This document shows positions 39,990 through 55,048 of a stretch of DNA of 64,000 bases, piece after piece (positions within the stretch are counted from its first letter, which is position 1; each line of letters opens with the position of its first letter). The stretch is from the NCBI RefSeq assembly GCF_964355755.1, contig NC_092674.1, positions 22,382,001 to 22,446,000 on the forward strand, written 5' to 3'. A model generated the notes under the pieces. That model searched no databases. It saw only the letters and a program-made list of their open reading frames with translations, and had not been told where the DNA came from. The position numbers and the translations under genes were made by a program. Source of the stretch: Antedon mediterranea. Lineage: Eukaryota > Animalia > Echinodermata.

Positions 39990-42900
39990 TTAACCTAAAT
40001 TATCAAGATTGGATTCATATTTGAGTCCATATATGTTGTCAATTCCACCAGAACCATCATCAAGTTGGATTTTACGTGCAAAAAGTAGAGATGGCGCATC
40101 ACTTTCTTCATTCTTTGTAACAGAACTTGTTAACTCCACTCCTTCAATCCCCTGTGATTCACCAAAGTTGGGAGAGGCCGACTTGATCTTTTTAGAACGG
40201 AAGAAACGAACTAAAAATAGGACCAGTACACTGAGGATTATGCAAGCAACTGTAAGGGCTGATACAGCTAGAATCATGTCAGTAGTCCAGAAGTCTTGAA
40301 TATCTGAAACAAAACACATATTATATTTTAAAAATTCTATGTAGTTCATATCATAAGTAGGAATTATAACTGTTTACAGATGCCAACTATTCTGCCTCAC
40401 AATTTTAAAAGTCACATACTACTTAACACATTCAAAACCAATTATTTAATAATAACAATAACGACAATACCTGCAACCCTAACACTTTCAACTGTTGTAG
40501 TAGACACTCTTAACACGCTCTCCTCAAATAGCTTTTCAAGTGGGAATGCAGGTGGTGGATATACAGTTTCAATAGCTTCAATTTGATAGGAGACTAGTCC
40601 TTCTTCAACAGCATGAGTAATAGCAGATCCAATGGTGTCGGCATACTCTTTTGGTGATTCTCCATCTCTTGCCATCTAAAAACAAAAAAAATAGATTCAC
40701 AAATTACAATAGCATTTAAAAAATGACAAAAAAACAACTAAACCTTCTGATAAAATTGTAACATTTAATTATCGCAAGCGTACAGAAAAATTTGATTGCA
40801 TTAAATGGTTTTCTTGAAGTTGAAAATGTATATAGTGATTCATTTGTTTATGTTTTATAGAGTCATAGTAGAATAAGTCAATGTCTAAGAAATGCTCTCC
40901 CTCTCCTAAAATGTTTTCAAAGGTTTACGCTTATATATATATATATTTTGGCCTAATTTCCAATTTCCAAAAAATAACTGATTTTACTCATATACTCATA
41001 ATCAACTACATTAAGCGTGCACTTTGCCTTTGTGAAAAATATGAAAACTAACATACCAAATACATTTCTATGACAATTTGAGAGGCATCTCGTCGCCTTC
41101 TAGAAGATACTGGACTTCCAACAACACATTGGAAAGTTGTGCAGTTATTGTCAGGATAACTGTCCATTGTAACGTCCAATAGAGCCGTACATAAAGTATC
41201 AGTAGTTAGTCCCTTAAAAAAAAATAAAAATGTATATATTAACATGGTAAAAACACACCGCTGTATATATATTTCCCAATTGGCAAGTTTGAAAAACTTT
41301 TACAAGAAAATAATAATTGTTACTGTAAAGCCAACTTTCAATTTTATAATTGTGTTGTATGTCTGGAAACTTCATATGCTAAACCCTTCTTACATAAGTT
41401 TTTTTAACATGATGTTTCTCAGCAAAATTAAGGCAAACTCTGCAGTACGTTGTTACACAGCATAGTCATATAATATATGGGTAAATTTGTAAATGTTTTA
41501 ATAATCAGTTAAACTGAGAAAATTATATTAGGTCAAAGGCAACCATGATCAATACACAAGACAACTTAAAGTATCATCCCAAGGACGAGGCAACAAGAGT
41601 AAAGTATCTTGCCCAAAGACACAAGGTATTTGGTACAGAGAGGTCTTTCTGTGATACCATCTTAGCTCTTACTTACAGGTAAAAGTGTATCAATGTCAAC
41701 AATTAGTGTCAGAACCACACAGTTAGGGTTGTTGTTGCCACATCCAGTAAACACTGAGTCTGCACACATCATAGTCTCTTCACATGGAGGCAACACACAT
41801 GTAGTGTCAGGGTTTACAACTTCACAGGTTGTGTCTTCAGAACAATCATCATCAGATGTACATTCAACAGCGCTTGTTCCATTCTGTAAAAAAATATATT
41901 ATTATATTTTTACTTAGTATACTACACCTAACAATACAAGTATTATTAATAAAAAAGTTTTAAGTTGACATTTAAATAGAGGTGCCAAATTCGCTCCTCT
42001 TAAATCGACAAGAAGCACGTTTCAATCACCTTATACACCATCCATGTTTTAGGTCAGGACAGTTTGCAGTAAAATTGATTGAAATATAAAGGATGATTTT
42101 GTGTGGATTTAGAGAGCATCTTTTTTTAAAGTTAATACTTGATGCAGATATCTTCAGCCAATGTGATACATTCATTTAGTGAGCAAACAGAAAATACAAT
42201 TTGATGGAATGTTATATTAACTGAAGTGATGATTTTAAATTTTAATTAATGTCCTTTTGTGCTTAATAACAAAATGTAAATGAAAACCATTCATTATATG
42301 ATTTCTATGTAAATGGTTTCTTTTTATTATGCTAAACATAATCATGATAATAGGTAAATCACAATATTTTATATGAACCTATTACCTAGAAGGATCATGT
42401 TCAAAACAGGCCATGATGACAAAATAGACAATAGGGAGCTATTGATTCATGCATGTGGAGGTATTGGGTCATGGGTACTTGTTTCTCACCTTGATACAGT
42501 CGACAACCGACAACATATTGATTGACCTGAGCTTAAATTGGTTGTTGAAAATCAAAAGCTCCCTATTATTGTGATTGTAAAGACATTGTTACTTACATTT
42601 GTACAGGCAATTGTTCCATTAGAACAAGAACATTGATCACATATTCCAAAATCCCATGTTTCACCATCTAAGCGAGTTTCTGAACTGAAGAAACAGTAGG
42701 TATCTTCAAATTCTTCAAAACCTGTATTTATAAAAAATAAACTTCTTAAATTGATGGCTCTATGTTGTGTTTTTTAAAATGATGGCTCTATGTTGTGCTT
42801 TTCAAAATGATAGCTCAATGTTGTGTTAAAAAAAAAATGATGGCTCTATGTTGTGCTTCTTAAAATGATGGCTCTATGTTGTGCTTAAAAAAAAATGATG

Positions 42901-45900
42901 GCCCTACGTTGTGCTTTTTAAAATGATGGCTCTATGTTGTGCTTCTTAAAATGATGGCTCTATGTTATGCTTCTTAAAATGATGGCTCTATGTTGTGCTT
43001 CTTAAAATGATGGCTCTATGTTATGCTTCTTAAAATGATGGCTCTATGTTGTGCTTCTTAAAATGATGGCTCTATGTTGTGCTTCTTAAAATGATGGCTC
43101 TATGTTGTGCTTCTTAAAATGATGGCTCTATGTTGTGCTTTAAAAAAAATGATGGCCCTACGTTGTGCTTTTTAATATGATGGCTCTATGTTGTGCTTCT
43201 TAAAATGATGGCTCTATGTTGTGCTTTAAAAAAAAATGATGGCCCTACGTTGTGCTTTTTAATATGATGGCACTATGTTTTGGTTTTTTAAAATGCTACC
43301 TCTACATTGTGGTTTTTAAAATGATGGTTCTATGAGTGTGATGCATCTACTGTGATGGCTCTATAAATTTGACAGTTCTTGATGGTTCTGTACACATTAT
43401 GAATCTATATTGTTTTTGTTGAATCTACAGTATTAATGAGATTGATCTATTAATGTGATGGCTCTATACATTTGGTAATCCTATACATTAGGTGGCTGAT
43501 AGATTTATTAATGTATACTGTGATAATTTAGCTCTACACATTTAATAGCTTTATAAATAGCTTTGATCTTTATGTTTTTTTACAAAGAAAGCCATTATGT
43601 TACCTGCTACAAATGATAAATTAAAACCCCTGAACCGAATGCTAAAATCAGATGTAAAGTACATCCAGGCAACATCGCCAGGTATAATGACAGGACCAGT
43701 AAGACCATATCCACTTAAATAATACAGATCTTCCTCTTCAACTGCAACTGATCCAGCCACTGAAGATGTATACATTACACCAGGGCCGATATACAAGGCA
43801 TCTTTAGTGTATTCAACCTCAAAGTTTGATGCGAAAGTGAAAGTGATTGATGTGGCACCAGGTGCAAATAACCGGTAGAAGCCAATAAAATCATTTGGGT
43901 AGAAGTCAGGATAGTTTGGTGCTAAGAAGTACCCTACAGCACATTCTGGCCCATAACAAGAGAACTCCTCAGTAAAAGCTGTAACAATAACAAAATATAC
44001 AAATACAGACAATTGTAATGATACATGAATATTTTGTACTAATAATAGCACTTTAAGGAGCACAATAGATATAAAATTGACCTTTGCATTTACTGTCAAT
44101 GTACAATATGCATTTTAAGTAAAATGAAAATGTAAGCCTAAGAATACAAGCAATATGAGAGCATTGGATTTGAACTCACAATCAGCAGTTAAACGCCCAA
44201 CACACTGCGCCACACAGTTGGTAGGGAGACTTGAGCAAGATCATATAGTTTGTCATTTTTTAAAAAGGCTGGAATATTCCAAGACTGTATGTACAAAATA
44301 CGTAAACTAAACAAAATGTACTTTACTTACTTGCAGTTATGTTGCAATAAGGCCCCATCATGTTACCTTCACATGCACATAAGTAACCAGTGTCAGATAA
44401 CGGTCTATACAGGCATTCAGAGTTCTCTGGACATGGGTTAGGCCAACATGCTAAATAAATATATAGTATTTAGATATTTTTAATACCACTTAACTATAAC
44501 AAGGCAAGTCAGGGACACTCTCCATTGCGAAAATTCTTTTTTGGTGGTGGAACCAGGATTTTTTAAGTGGGAAGTGCAACATAACTAAGAGTATCCTTGC
44601 CATTTGGCTGGATAATTTCATTGTTACCAGCCTGCAGTTTATGATAAAAATGAAGCTAATATTGGTTTTAAATTGTTAAATTATCTCAGGATTTGTTTTA
44701 AGTTTTATCTAAAAAATCGGGAAAAATTGTATTTTAGAGGCAGATGATACGAAATATTGGGAGACTCTTGTCATTAACAGGGTTGATTGGGAGGTTTCTA
44801 GATGTAGTTAATTATGTACCTTTATGGCAACATCACTAAACCTATTGTTAGTGTCTCTGATAGATTACAAACAAGAAAATCACAACTTTGGTTATACATT
44901 GTGGAGGATTTGATTTTAATATACCTGATACAGTACAATCTTCCCCATCGCCAAAGAAATCATCTATACAATGACATCCAAAGACACCATCATTAACTTC
45001 ACATTCTGCATAGTAGTTACATTCCAAACTTCTGCAGTCAAAGGTGTTATTGCCCAAGCATAGACACTCTATGCCGCAATCAGATGTTACATAGGATGAA
45101 TTAAGCTGTAAAAATAATGTGTACAATTGTTTAGGAAGCTTTCGATTTGCTATAATCGATGACCAAAACACATCATGTTAATTTGTATGCAGGGATACTG
45201 TAACATGTTTACTTGCTCACCGCCTTTGCACAGTTTTGATGGTTTCTAGGTCCAGGTAACGACCAATGACAAATAGATATACCTGACCTAGTTAGGTCGT
45301 CGCAAATCAAAACCTCCCTATTAATAGATTGCATGGTATTTCCGATTATTGAGTTACAATTTCTAATACTGTACTGGTTTTGTCATAGTTTTACATGTGT
45401 CAGAGAATTAAAATTAAAGCAGTTACAGAAAAATAGTGACCATCCATACATCTATAAGCAAAAAAGACTCAAGTCAAGTTTACATAATCATGTGTTCTGC
45501 TATATTGTATGTTCACACTGGACCAAATTGTATTGAACCAGTTTGTCTACTTACAGAATAATAATATCCATCATAAGTACAGCCACACTGCTCAACAGGA
45601 ACACAGTTCAAACCATCTTGAATGTAGCCTGGCTGGCATTCACACCCATCAACACATGCATATGGACAGATTTCATCTGGTTCAGAATCAGCACAAGTTG
45701 GGGGGCATGCACTCATGCATGGATTGTACATGGAGTTATCAGGACAACTCAAAGCTGTTATATAGCAAGGGAAAATATGTGGTAATATTTTTGACAGAAA
45801 AGTTTCAGAACAAAATTAGGTATTATACTTAAAGGGCCTATTAAGGTTTGGTATTTACAAGGGTAATTTGGTTTTATGTGCACAGACTCAATGTTATTAT

Positions 45901-48900
45901 TGATAGATCATTTTTTGTTATAGCATAGTCCAAACCAACGCTTTAATTTAATAGCAAATTTTAATAGTAGATTTGAATTAGGTCTTGAGAATAAATAAAG
46001 CAATGTGTAAAAGCTCCTATTCAATAGTCACACTTATAACACGCTCTGGAAAATTGTTACCCATGAAATAAACACCACTTCTTAAATAATAAGTGTGATT
46101 GGTGAATATGACCAGAGAGTTTCGTACTGTCATTAAACTACAAAATCATTATTTTAATATAATCACTTACAACAATCCACCTGCTCTCTCCAATCATCGT
46201 CGATTTCAATAAAGTATGCTTTGCAAATCTGTGCATATTGAGCAATGATGTCACACAAGGTTGAAGTATCTGGTTCTGCTTCACATGCATCGTAGAAGCA
46301 ACTATCGAAGTAATCGGTAACGTTCACAACTGAATGGCATTCTCTGAACACTCCTAGAACCATAAACAAAGTATCTTTTTGATAAACTTTTGAGTATTGA
46401 TAGAATCTTCTGAAATTGAATTTGAGAATGACCAAATAGTGGATTTGAAACATAGTTCCGATATTATAGAGTTATTTTTCTTTTAATTATTTATAGTAAA
46501 CATATTCTACTTCGCACTCTCAAGTATTGTCAAAATGATCAGTATTGTAAGGTTATAAACTAAATTTGGGTGTAATGGGGGTATAAAAATAAAAACTACA
46601 TAAAATCTTGAGTAAAATGGAATTAAACTATATAATTATATCTTTTTTATTTGGACCCTTTGGAAATAAATCCTATAACTAGGATTTAAATGTTCATTCC
46701 TGATATCACTGTTAATGATTCTGCCTTAGCCCGAAGCAAATAGTTGGCCTACTATTTTCAAGGCATACCTAGTACATACTGTAATTATAATGAAAACTTT
46801 TATTAAATGTATCTACCGCTTCGATCTTAAATCAAATATCGAAGGCAATTCAAAGTTTAGACAGTGTACTCTACCTTGTTTTTCAAATGCATATTACTCA
46901 CACCAGCCTAAACCTACTATTTTGTCCACCGTGACCATTTTTTGGAAATAGTAAATTTACACTTTATTATGTGTGACACAATTTCAACCAATTGCTAGAC
47001 AATAAATGTTTGAGCCCTATGACTTCCAGACTTATTAAGTCTTTCGATATTTCATATCCGGAAGATTGACACTTGCAAAATAAGATTCCTCATCTCAAAA
47101 TAAAAGAAAATAAAGAATTACAATGTGTAATAAACTTACCATTAGGATTGGTCAAAACCTCACACTTAAACTCTGCGAATTCAATTTCAGTTGTTCCAGC
47201 TCCATCACATGGTTCATATGCAGCATTGACATTTTCAAGACTATCACATTCTTCACCATAGAACCAGGAATTGCCAAAATCAATTGCATTAATAGCCTTA
47301 AATACAGAAACAAATTTTATATAATTATGATGCATTCAATAATAATTTGATTGAGTACACCAAGCCTCATTCAGTGGAATGTAAAACAAAAAAGTCAGCA
47401 AATATGCAGTTAAAGCTGTCTAAAGTTATTGAATGGAGGTCATTTGACACAATATATTATTAAAAATTAAACATTTGATTTCAATTTTCAAAATGTGTGA
47501 AACTTTTAAGTATTGCCAGACAAACTACTATAAGATACAATCTCAAATTTTCATGATTGTCAAACAGGATAAGGGACGAGTCCAAATGTAACTATAAAAC
47601 TTATTGACCTACGGAACAAGAGTAACTCAGTGAAAATTGAACATTTGATTTGTTTGCAATTAGGTACAGTAGGTACAGCTGAAACCAAAACTGTAGGCAT
47701 AACAGTTAAGTAATTAACAGGTAAGTAAGTACCATTAGGCCATCAGGTTTAACCAGATCATTTGAAGCATCACTATCAAAGTTTCCACAAAGGCCTGTGA
47801 TATCTGTGACCTCCTCACTCGCTACTATCTCAACATTGTTTACACCATCCCAGTAAACCTGTAAACCAAATTCAGTCCACAATACCTAAAAAAAGAAATC
47901 AATATGTATTAGCATTAACTCATTTCAATCAGTTTTATCATTGTTACTCTATCAGTTTGTTGGTGATTCAATTCTCTTAGAAAAAGTTCAGTAAAGAGTC
48001 ACAAAACTTGTTGAAATTAAATCTCAACCATACAGTGACCGCATGAAATTTATGAAACTGCCATCATTAGCATTTCGAAGAAAGAGGTCTTGCTGCTTAC
48101 AGATTTTTAGAATGATACAAAAGTATGATAATGTTAATCAGGGTGTCTTTTTTTAATTAGCACCATCTACTGTAACTAGAGGCCACAATTTAAAAATTAA
48201 AAAAGTTCATAGTAAATCGAAACACAGACAGAAATTCTTTTCAATATCTGCAGTAAATGATTGGAATAGTTTGCCATATCATATAGTAAATGCATCCTCT
48301 ATCAATAATTTTAAAACCCATCTTGAAACACACTGGAAAACCCACAACCTAACGTTTGAGCCATATAACCAAGATGTTCAAAGAGGGACTCACAAACCTT
48401 AATAGGTTTATAGTCTAAAGGTCAATGTAAATCAAGGTAAGGTAAGGTAAATTTGAGGCAAAGCAGAACACATACATTGATGTCGTAGAGACTAGTAAAG
48501 TATGTACCTTATTCATAAAATTGAAACAACATCATTCTCAATCGCTGTTGTTTGTATCTTCAAAGTGATGGTAGAAAATATAAGAAATTGAACTGTGCAG
48601 GGACCGTTTAATTGGGGTACTTCATTAGTGTATTGATATAATTATGCATAACTATAGTAAGGCTTTAGATACATTTTACACAAAAATTACTCTTTTTAAA
48701 GATATGCCGTAATCTAGAGACCTGTAAATCAAATTAGGTGAGTCTCCTATTTTGTCAGTTCTAATCTTTGCTATACTTACAACATCTGTCCCCACAAAAA
48801 ATATATAAATTCCGTCAGCAAGTAATGTTGGAGGAGTTATAATGACACCATTTATTTTAACTTGTTGATCTTCAATGAATGCAATATTCTAAAAATATAA

Positions 48901-51900
48901 AAACGAGACAGTTTACACCTTGGGTTTTGGGTATACAGCTAGAAAACACACATTACTGTACCAGCTACAGCTAGAAAGTATACTTTGGCAGCAACAGCTA
49001 AAAGCAACTATTACTGTTGCAGCTACAGCTAAAAGCAGCTATTAACAGCTACAGCTAGGAAGAAGCTATGCCATGGTCTTTGTGATGATTGGCTCTTTCA
49101 AGTGCAGTGCCGTCGATTGCATAATCAAATTCAAAAGGATATTCAGGGATAGGACTTTACACTTATCTTGATGGAGTGTCATAATAGTACTGAAAATTCA
49201 ATATCTTCCTGGAGCTTATGAGTATTCTCAAGTTTTGAGATGTTTAAATAGTTTTAGGATTATCAGCAAAGAGGTGACTGTTTTTTTTGTATTTTTTATT
49301 ATTGTATTTTGGCCGACGTCTGTCGCTAACGACAGTGTCAATTAGTCTTACATTCATCTTAATGATTTAAGAAACTAAGCAAGGACTGTTTAGAGCATCT
49401 TGGATGGTCCTATCATTGATCAAGGGCTTCTCTCGTCCAGTGCCCACCTTACACCTTAATCAGAGGAGAAGCATAAGCGGGTAGATGCTGGGACTGCCGT
49501 AAGAGTCAACAGTGCTGATTTCAGAAAATAAAGAGCCTCACACATATAAGATAACCCTCAATGAGTGCAAACTGGAATTATAACATCTATTGGATATCAC
49601 AAACAAAATAAAAATATATATAATACTTACATATTCATCAATGTCTATTACAATAGATTCTGTAGTTGTTACACCATTTTCCTCTCTTGAGTTATACTGG
49701 GAGATATGTACCAGTTCAGAATTATTTTTCACATATCCATTAAATAAAGTATATGTGCAATTACCCAAGAAGTCATAGATATAGCCATCAAATGTTGTAT
49801 AATGTAAGCCACCATATGCTGTGCAAATCTTTTGTACTGTAAAGAAAGACAAGTAATAATTATGTTAGAGATAGAGGTTGTTCGGGCTACTGATCTCTGG
49901 GGCCTTGGCTTAAATACTGTCTGACTCACTAAGAGAGATGTTTACCTGTAAAATTTTTGTTTACAGAATGCATTTTTTTTTATATCATTTCTTTAACAAT
50001 CATTCATATAATAATATATATATATAATATAGACATTATGGATTAGAAAGACTATTATAAAAAAATGTATGTACACATTTAATAACATGAAAGGGTTTTA
50101 ACAAATTATTCACCTGTGGTACAATTTTTGCCAGTCCAATCTGGTGTACAGATACAATAATAATCGCCAACAGTCGCTAAACATTTACCATCATTCTGGC
50201 AGGGTTCTGAATAGCATGTATCCACTGAAATTCAAACGTTACAACAAACAATTCATTATGTATACATAGACGAAATCACAAACAAAAGGGTTAGATTAAG
50301 GAACAAAAGAGAAGTGTTCATAGAGGGAAATTAACATCACATTAATAGAGCAAAATTACAATAGAAGAAATACCTGTATTGTTCATTTTGATATGAAGTG
50401 CTTTGTCACTTGTTAAAAGTGCTATATAAATAATTATTATTAGAAAGGGCAGTACAGTATTATAATCATTCTCAACCAAGAGAAAATGAATTAAATGAAT
50501 ATAAAAAAGCCTACAAATAAAGGCATTACACAAATTTCAATAAAAAGGAAAAACAGTAGAACCTATCCCTTAGGACACTTCTCTATTCTGAGGACACTTT
50601 TCTTTGTAATAAATGAGAGGCAATATATGTTTTAACAGCCAACCAAAATACGCACATTAAGGGACAAAATGTTGGGTATCAAATGTGGGTTCTACTTGGC
50701 TACATAACACCCCTGTATACCTACCATAACACTCCATTGAAGCATCACCAGTAAATCCAGGTGGACAGACACATTGTCTTATTCCATCAACTATTTCACA
50801 GGAAGCAATTGCATCACAGGTATGGTTAGTGCAGACAAACTGATTGCCGTATTCACATGTACACGACGTCTGACAGTCATCAAACAATTTTGTCTCACCA
50901 AGCTAAAAATATATTTCAGAATTAATATTCTCTATGTCTGACAGGTTCAGTGTGAGTTTTGCTAGGAAATGTGAAAGGGAGTGTGAGTTTTTCTAGGCAA
51001 TATGAAAGGGGAGTGTGAGTTTTGCTAGGCAATGTGAAAGGGGAGTGAGTTTTGCTAGGTAATTTGAAAGATATATTTTAGAATTAATATTCTCTATGTC
51101 TGACAGGTTCAGTGTGAGTTTTGCTAGGAAATGTGAAAGGGGGTGTGAGTTTTTCTAGGCAATATGAAAGGGGAGTGTGAGTTTTGCTAGGCAATGTGAA
51201 AAGGGGAGTGTGAGTTTTGCTAGGTAATTTGAAAGATAAGTGTGAGTTTTGCTAGGCAATGTGAAAGGGGAGTGTGAGTTTTGCTAGATAATTCGAAAGA
51301 GGAGTGTGAGTTTTGCTAGGCAATGTGAAAGAGGAGTGCGAGTTTTGCAAGGTAATTTGAAAGAGGAGTGTGAGTTTTGCTATGTAATTTGAAAGAGGAG
51401 TGTGAGTTTTGCTAGGCAATGTGAAAGGGGAGTGTGAGTTTTGCTAGATAATTTGAAAGAGGAGTGTGAGTTTTGCTAGGCAATACTGATAACTGATAAA
51501 AATACTTTTATTGCAACTTTTGGGTTGAATTATACAAAAATATATACTTAGACTTAAATGAAAAAATATATCAAATCCATCAACGATATAAATCAATGTG
51601 AAAGGGGAGTGAGTTTTTCTAGGCAATGTGAAAGAGGAATGTAAGTTTTGCTAGACAATGTAAAAGGGGAGACTGAGTTTTGCTAGGCAATTTAAAAGGG
51701 GAGTGTGAGTTTTTCTAGGCAATGTGAAAGGGGCGTGAGTTTTTCTAGGCAATGTGAAAGAGGAATGTAAGTTTTGCTAGACAATGTGAAAGGGGAGTGC
51801 GAGTTTTCCTAGGCAATGTGAGAGGGGTATAACTGTTATGATCATTAAACTACTCTTTTCTGAACACATAAGCTTAAAGCGAAGTACAAATTTTCACCTT

Positions 51901-54900
51901 ATAGTAGTATCCGTCATCCACACAACCACACTCCGAGTATGGGACGCATCTATCATCATCTCTGTAAAATCCAGAAACGCAAGCACAGCCTTCAACACAA
52001 AACTCAGTACAAGCCAAATCGTCACTGCCAGTAATAAAGCCATGGCAACTTTCTGGACATGATGAAGCACATGTAGTGTATTCAGAATTCTCAGTGCATT
52101 CAATAGCTGCAAAGAATTATGCAAATAAAGACATGTTTATAATAGGACAATAACAAACAACGATAATAGATAAATGTACATTTTTTCTACAGAAAACAAA
52201 AGAGATTAGAAAAGTTTTCATTTAAAATGATTTAATGATCTATTTATTATTACCGTATGTCGTTGTTTGTTCAATTAAAATGAAAGGAATATATTGTTTG
52301 AAAAAATGTTATAAATACAGTACTGATACCTAAAAATGTACTAAGGTTGTACTAAAACTTCACAAATAGTCAATATTATTTTGTAGAAAATGTTATTTTA
52401 ACTTTTGCTACTGGATCTTAGGGCATTATCGTTTTTGTTTTTAACATATATATGCCCATTTATGAATTGTTGCGATAACTATGATAGGCTAAAAAGCAAT
52501 CAGATGATGATGATGACAACAATGAATAATGAATTTTAATTTTGGAAATATGAAAAATCAAACAAACCACATCTAGTATTTCTCCATTCTTGAATATCAA
52601 CTCCCAATTCTCGACACCGTTGTGCATAGATTTGGATATTGCTACAAGATGGTCCAGAATTTGGTTGGTAAGCACATTCATCATAGAGACAGGCATCATA
52701 GTATGGCTGAGAATCCAATATAGATCTGCAAGCACTGAGAGCTCCTAAAAACAAATTTAACATTTATTAACATATAATCAGTCTGGAAAAAAGACACACC
52801 TATAATAATACTTTTAAGTAATAATAATAATAATAATAATAATGCCGGGAGTCTCATGATATTTAATTATTAAAATAATTAAATATCATGAGACTCCCGG
52901 CATTATTATCAGTTGGTCTGTACGTTTTGGGAGAACATACATCTTCAAATTTAATTAGACATACCGGTACTATCTCTGAGAACAGAACAAGAACCATCAG
53001 CAGCAGCTGTATTCATGGACTCATCGCAAGGATCGTAACTTTCTGAGTCGTACGAACCCTCTATATCGCATTCAATAGTGTAGTTGCTCGCCCAACTGTT
53101 ACCAAAATTAGTTGCATTACGTAACTGCAATAAAAGAAATTGAAAATGTTATACTGTAGTTTATTAAAACAGGAACAAGCTTAATAATAAATATATTTGT
53201 ATTTTTTGTTTTGGTTAAATAAAAATGTTTATATTATTTAAGATATAAATAATACATTTACTATTATGACACTATTATATTACTTAAATGTATCCTTCCC
53301 ATTTGATTGGTTTATTACATATCACATGCTGTGTATTATTTCGATCATTCCTCACAATTAGATGGTGCATTGCAGAACTTTTAGCAATATGGTTAAAATG
53401 TCAAATTCTGAGCTCCATATTCTCTTATGGGCCTGGCACTAATGTTTGTATTCATGATAGAATATTTTAATGATTTGAAGGTTCTCTACTGGTCAAGGCG
53501 ATACTTCTTTTAACTCATGGAAATATTCTTTGCATTCCAGGAGTATTAAACCAACCTGTTCTCCTTCTGGTGATGTAAATTCATTGTCTGTGTTGTTATC
53601 AAGATTACCACATAAACCACAAAGCAAGCCACTGAAAGTGTCTGGTATATTGATCTCCACATTGAAGTTGCCATCCCAGCGAATCTTTAACCCAAAATCA
53701 CTCACAAGAAGCTGCAAATGTAATGATTTTGATTTATTTTGATATCTGAAGAATCTGTATTGCTTTTCAGCCAGACAATGAAGAATAGAGAAACTTACAT
53801 TCTCTCTGTCCCATGTCTTGTAGAAAAAAAACACAACCAATTTCTCTAGGTTTTATTTAGTACTGTATATATAATTATTCAAACATAGTTAACTTTCTGT
53901 TTTGTTCTTTTTAGTGAGTGGCTAAGCGATTAGATAGTAGTTCTGTAATCCATAGCCATAATATTGGCAAGGGTTCGAGGCTCATTTTCTCCATTGTTCT
54001 GGTGGTAGAACAAGTCTTCTCAGATAAGGACTATAAACCATCAAAAGTACACAAAATATCGAGAAAACTAGGGGAATACCCAGTTTTACTAGTTCACATA
54101 CAGCCAATTTCGTGGACAGGAGACAGTGCGCTTAATTACATAGACATATAACCTTTTGCATGTAGTTGAAAAGTGGAACATCTACAGTAAGTCTGCAGTG
54201 CCATAATCAATAATCTATGGTTGAAATGGTGCCAGCATACATCATTATCATCTTTATTTTGATGACATCAAATTTCAGCCTTAGAGTACAATATTTTGGA
54301 TTATTTATTTTAGGGCCATGTAATTCAATTTCTTTATTAACTTATAATATAGTACTCACATAGTAACCTGGTATGCTTCTGACTTCAATATCATCTCTGA
54401 TGTAAGGTGGTGATACAGTTAACCTATCTACACGTAGCTCAGGTCCTCTATAAAGCTCAATGGTCTATAGACGAAATAAAAACATTACAATTAGGTGGAA
54501 AATCTGGGTTAAAATTTGTCTAAATCTATATATAGAACCTTCTGCATATCAAGCAGAAGGTTCCGGGTTTGAATCTTGGTTGGGGAGACTTTTTCTCATT
54601 CTCAGGTAATACATTTTCAGTATATCACTGGGCGGTTTAGAATTTGTTCTGTGCCTGTGGTGTTTATATATATAAAAGTATCTCTACAGAGATCCTGCTT
54701 CGTGAATAAAATACTGAAAGATGAGGGCATATCAAATTGATCTCTGGTGTGTGTGTGCGTACAATTAAGGAACTAGTGCTGCTTCACTGTTAAAGAGTCG
54801 CTATCCAATCACAATACCATGAAAGCCCCAGTGGTCTAATGGTTAGGACTTCTTCATATCAAGCAGAAGGTTCCAGGTTTGAATCTTGGTTGGGGGGACT

Positions 54901-54995
54901 TTTTTCGAATTCCCACAGACTTCTTCATCTTATCGTTTCAATTAATACATTTTCGGTATATCACCGGGCGGTTTAGAATTTGTTCTGTGTCTGTG

Positions 54996-55048
<53 letters not shown>

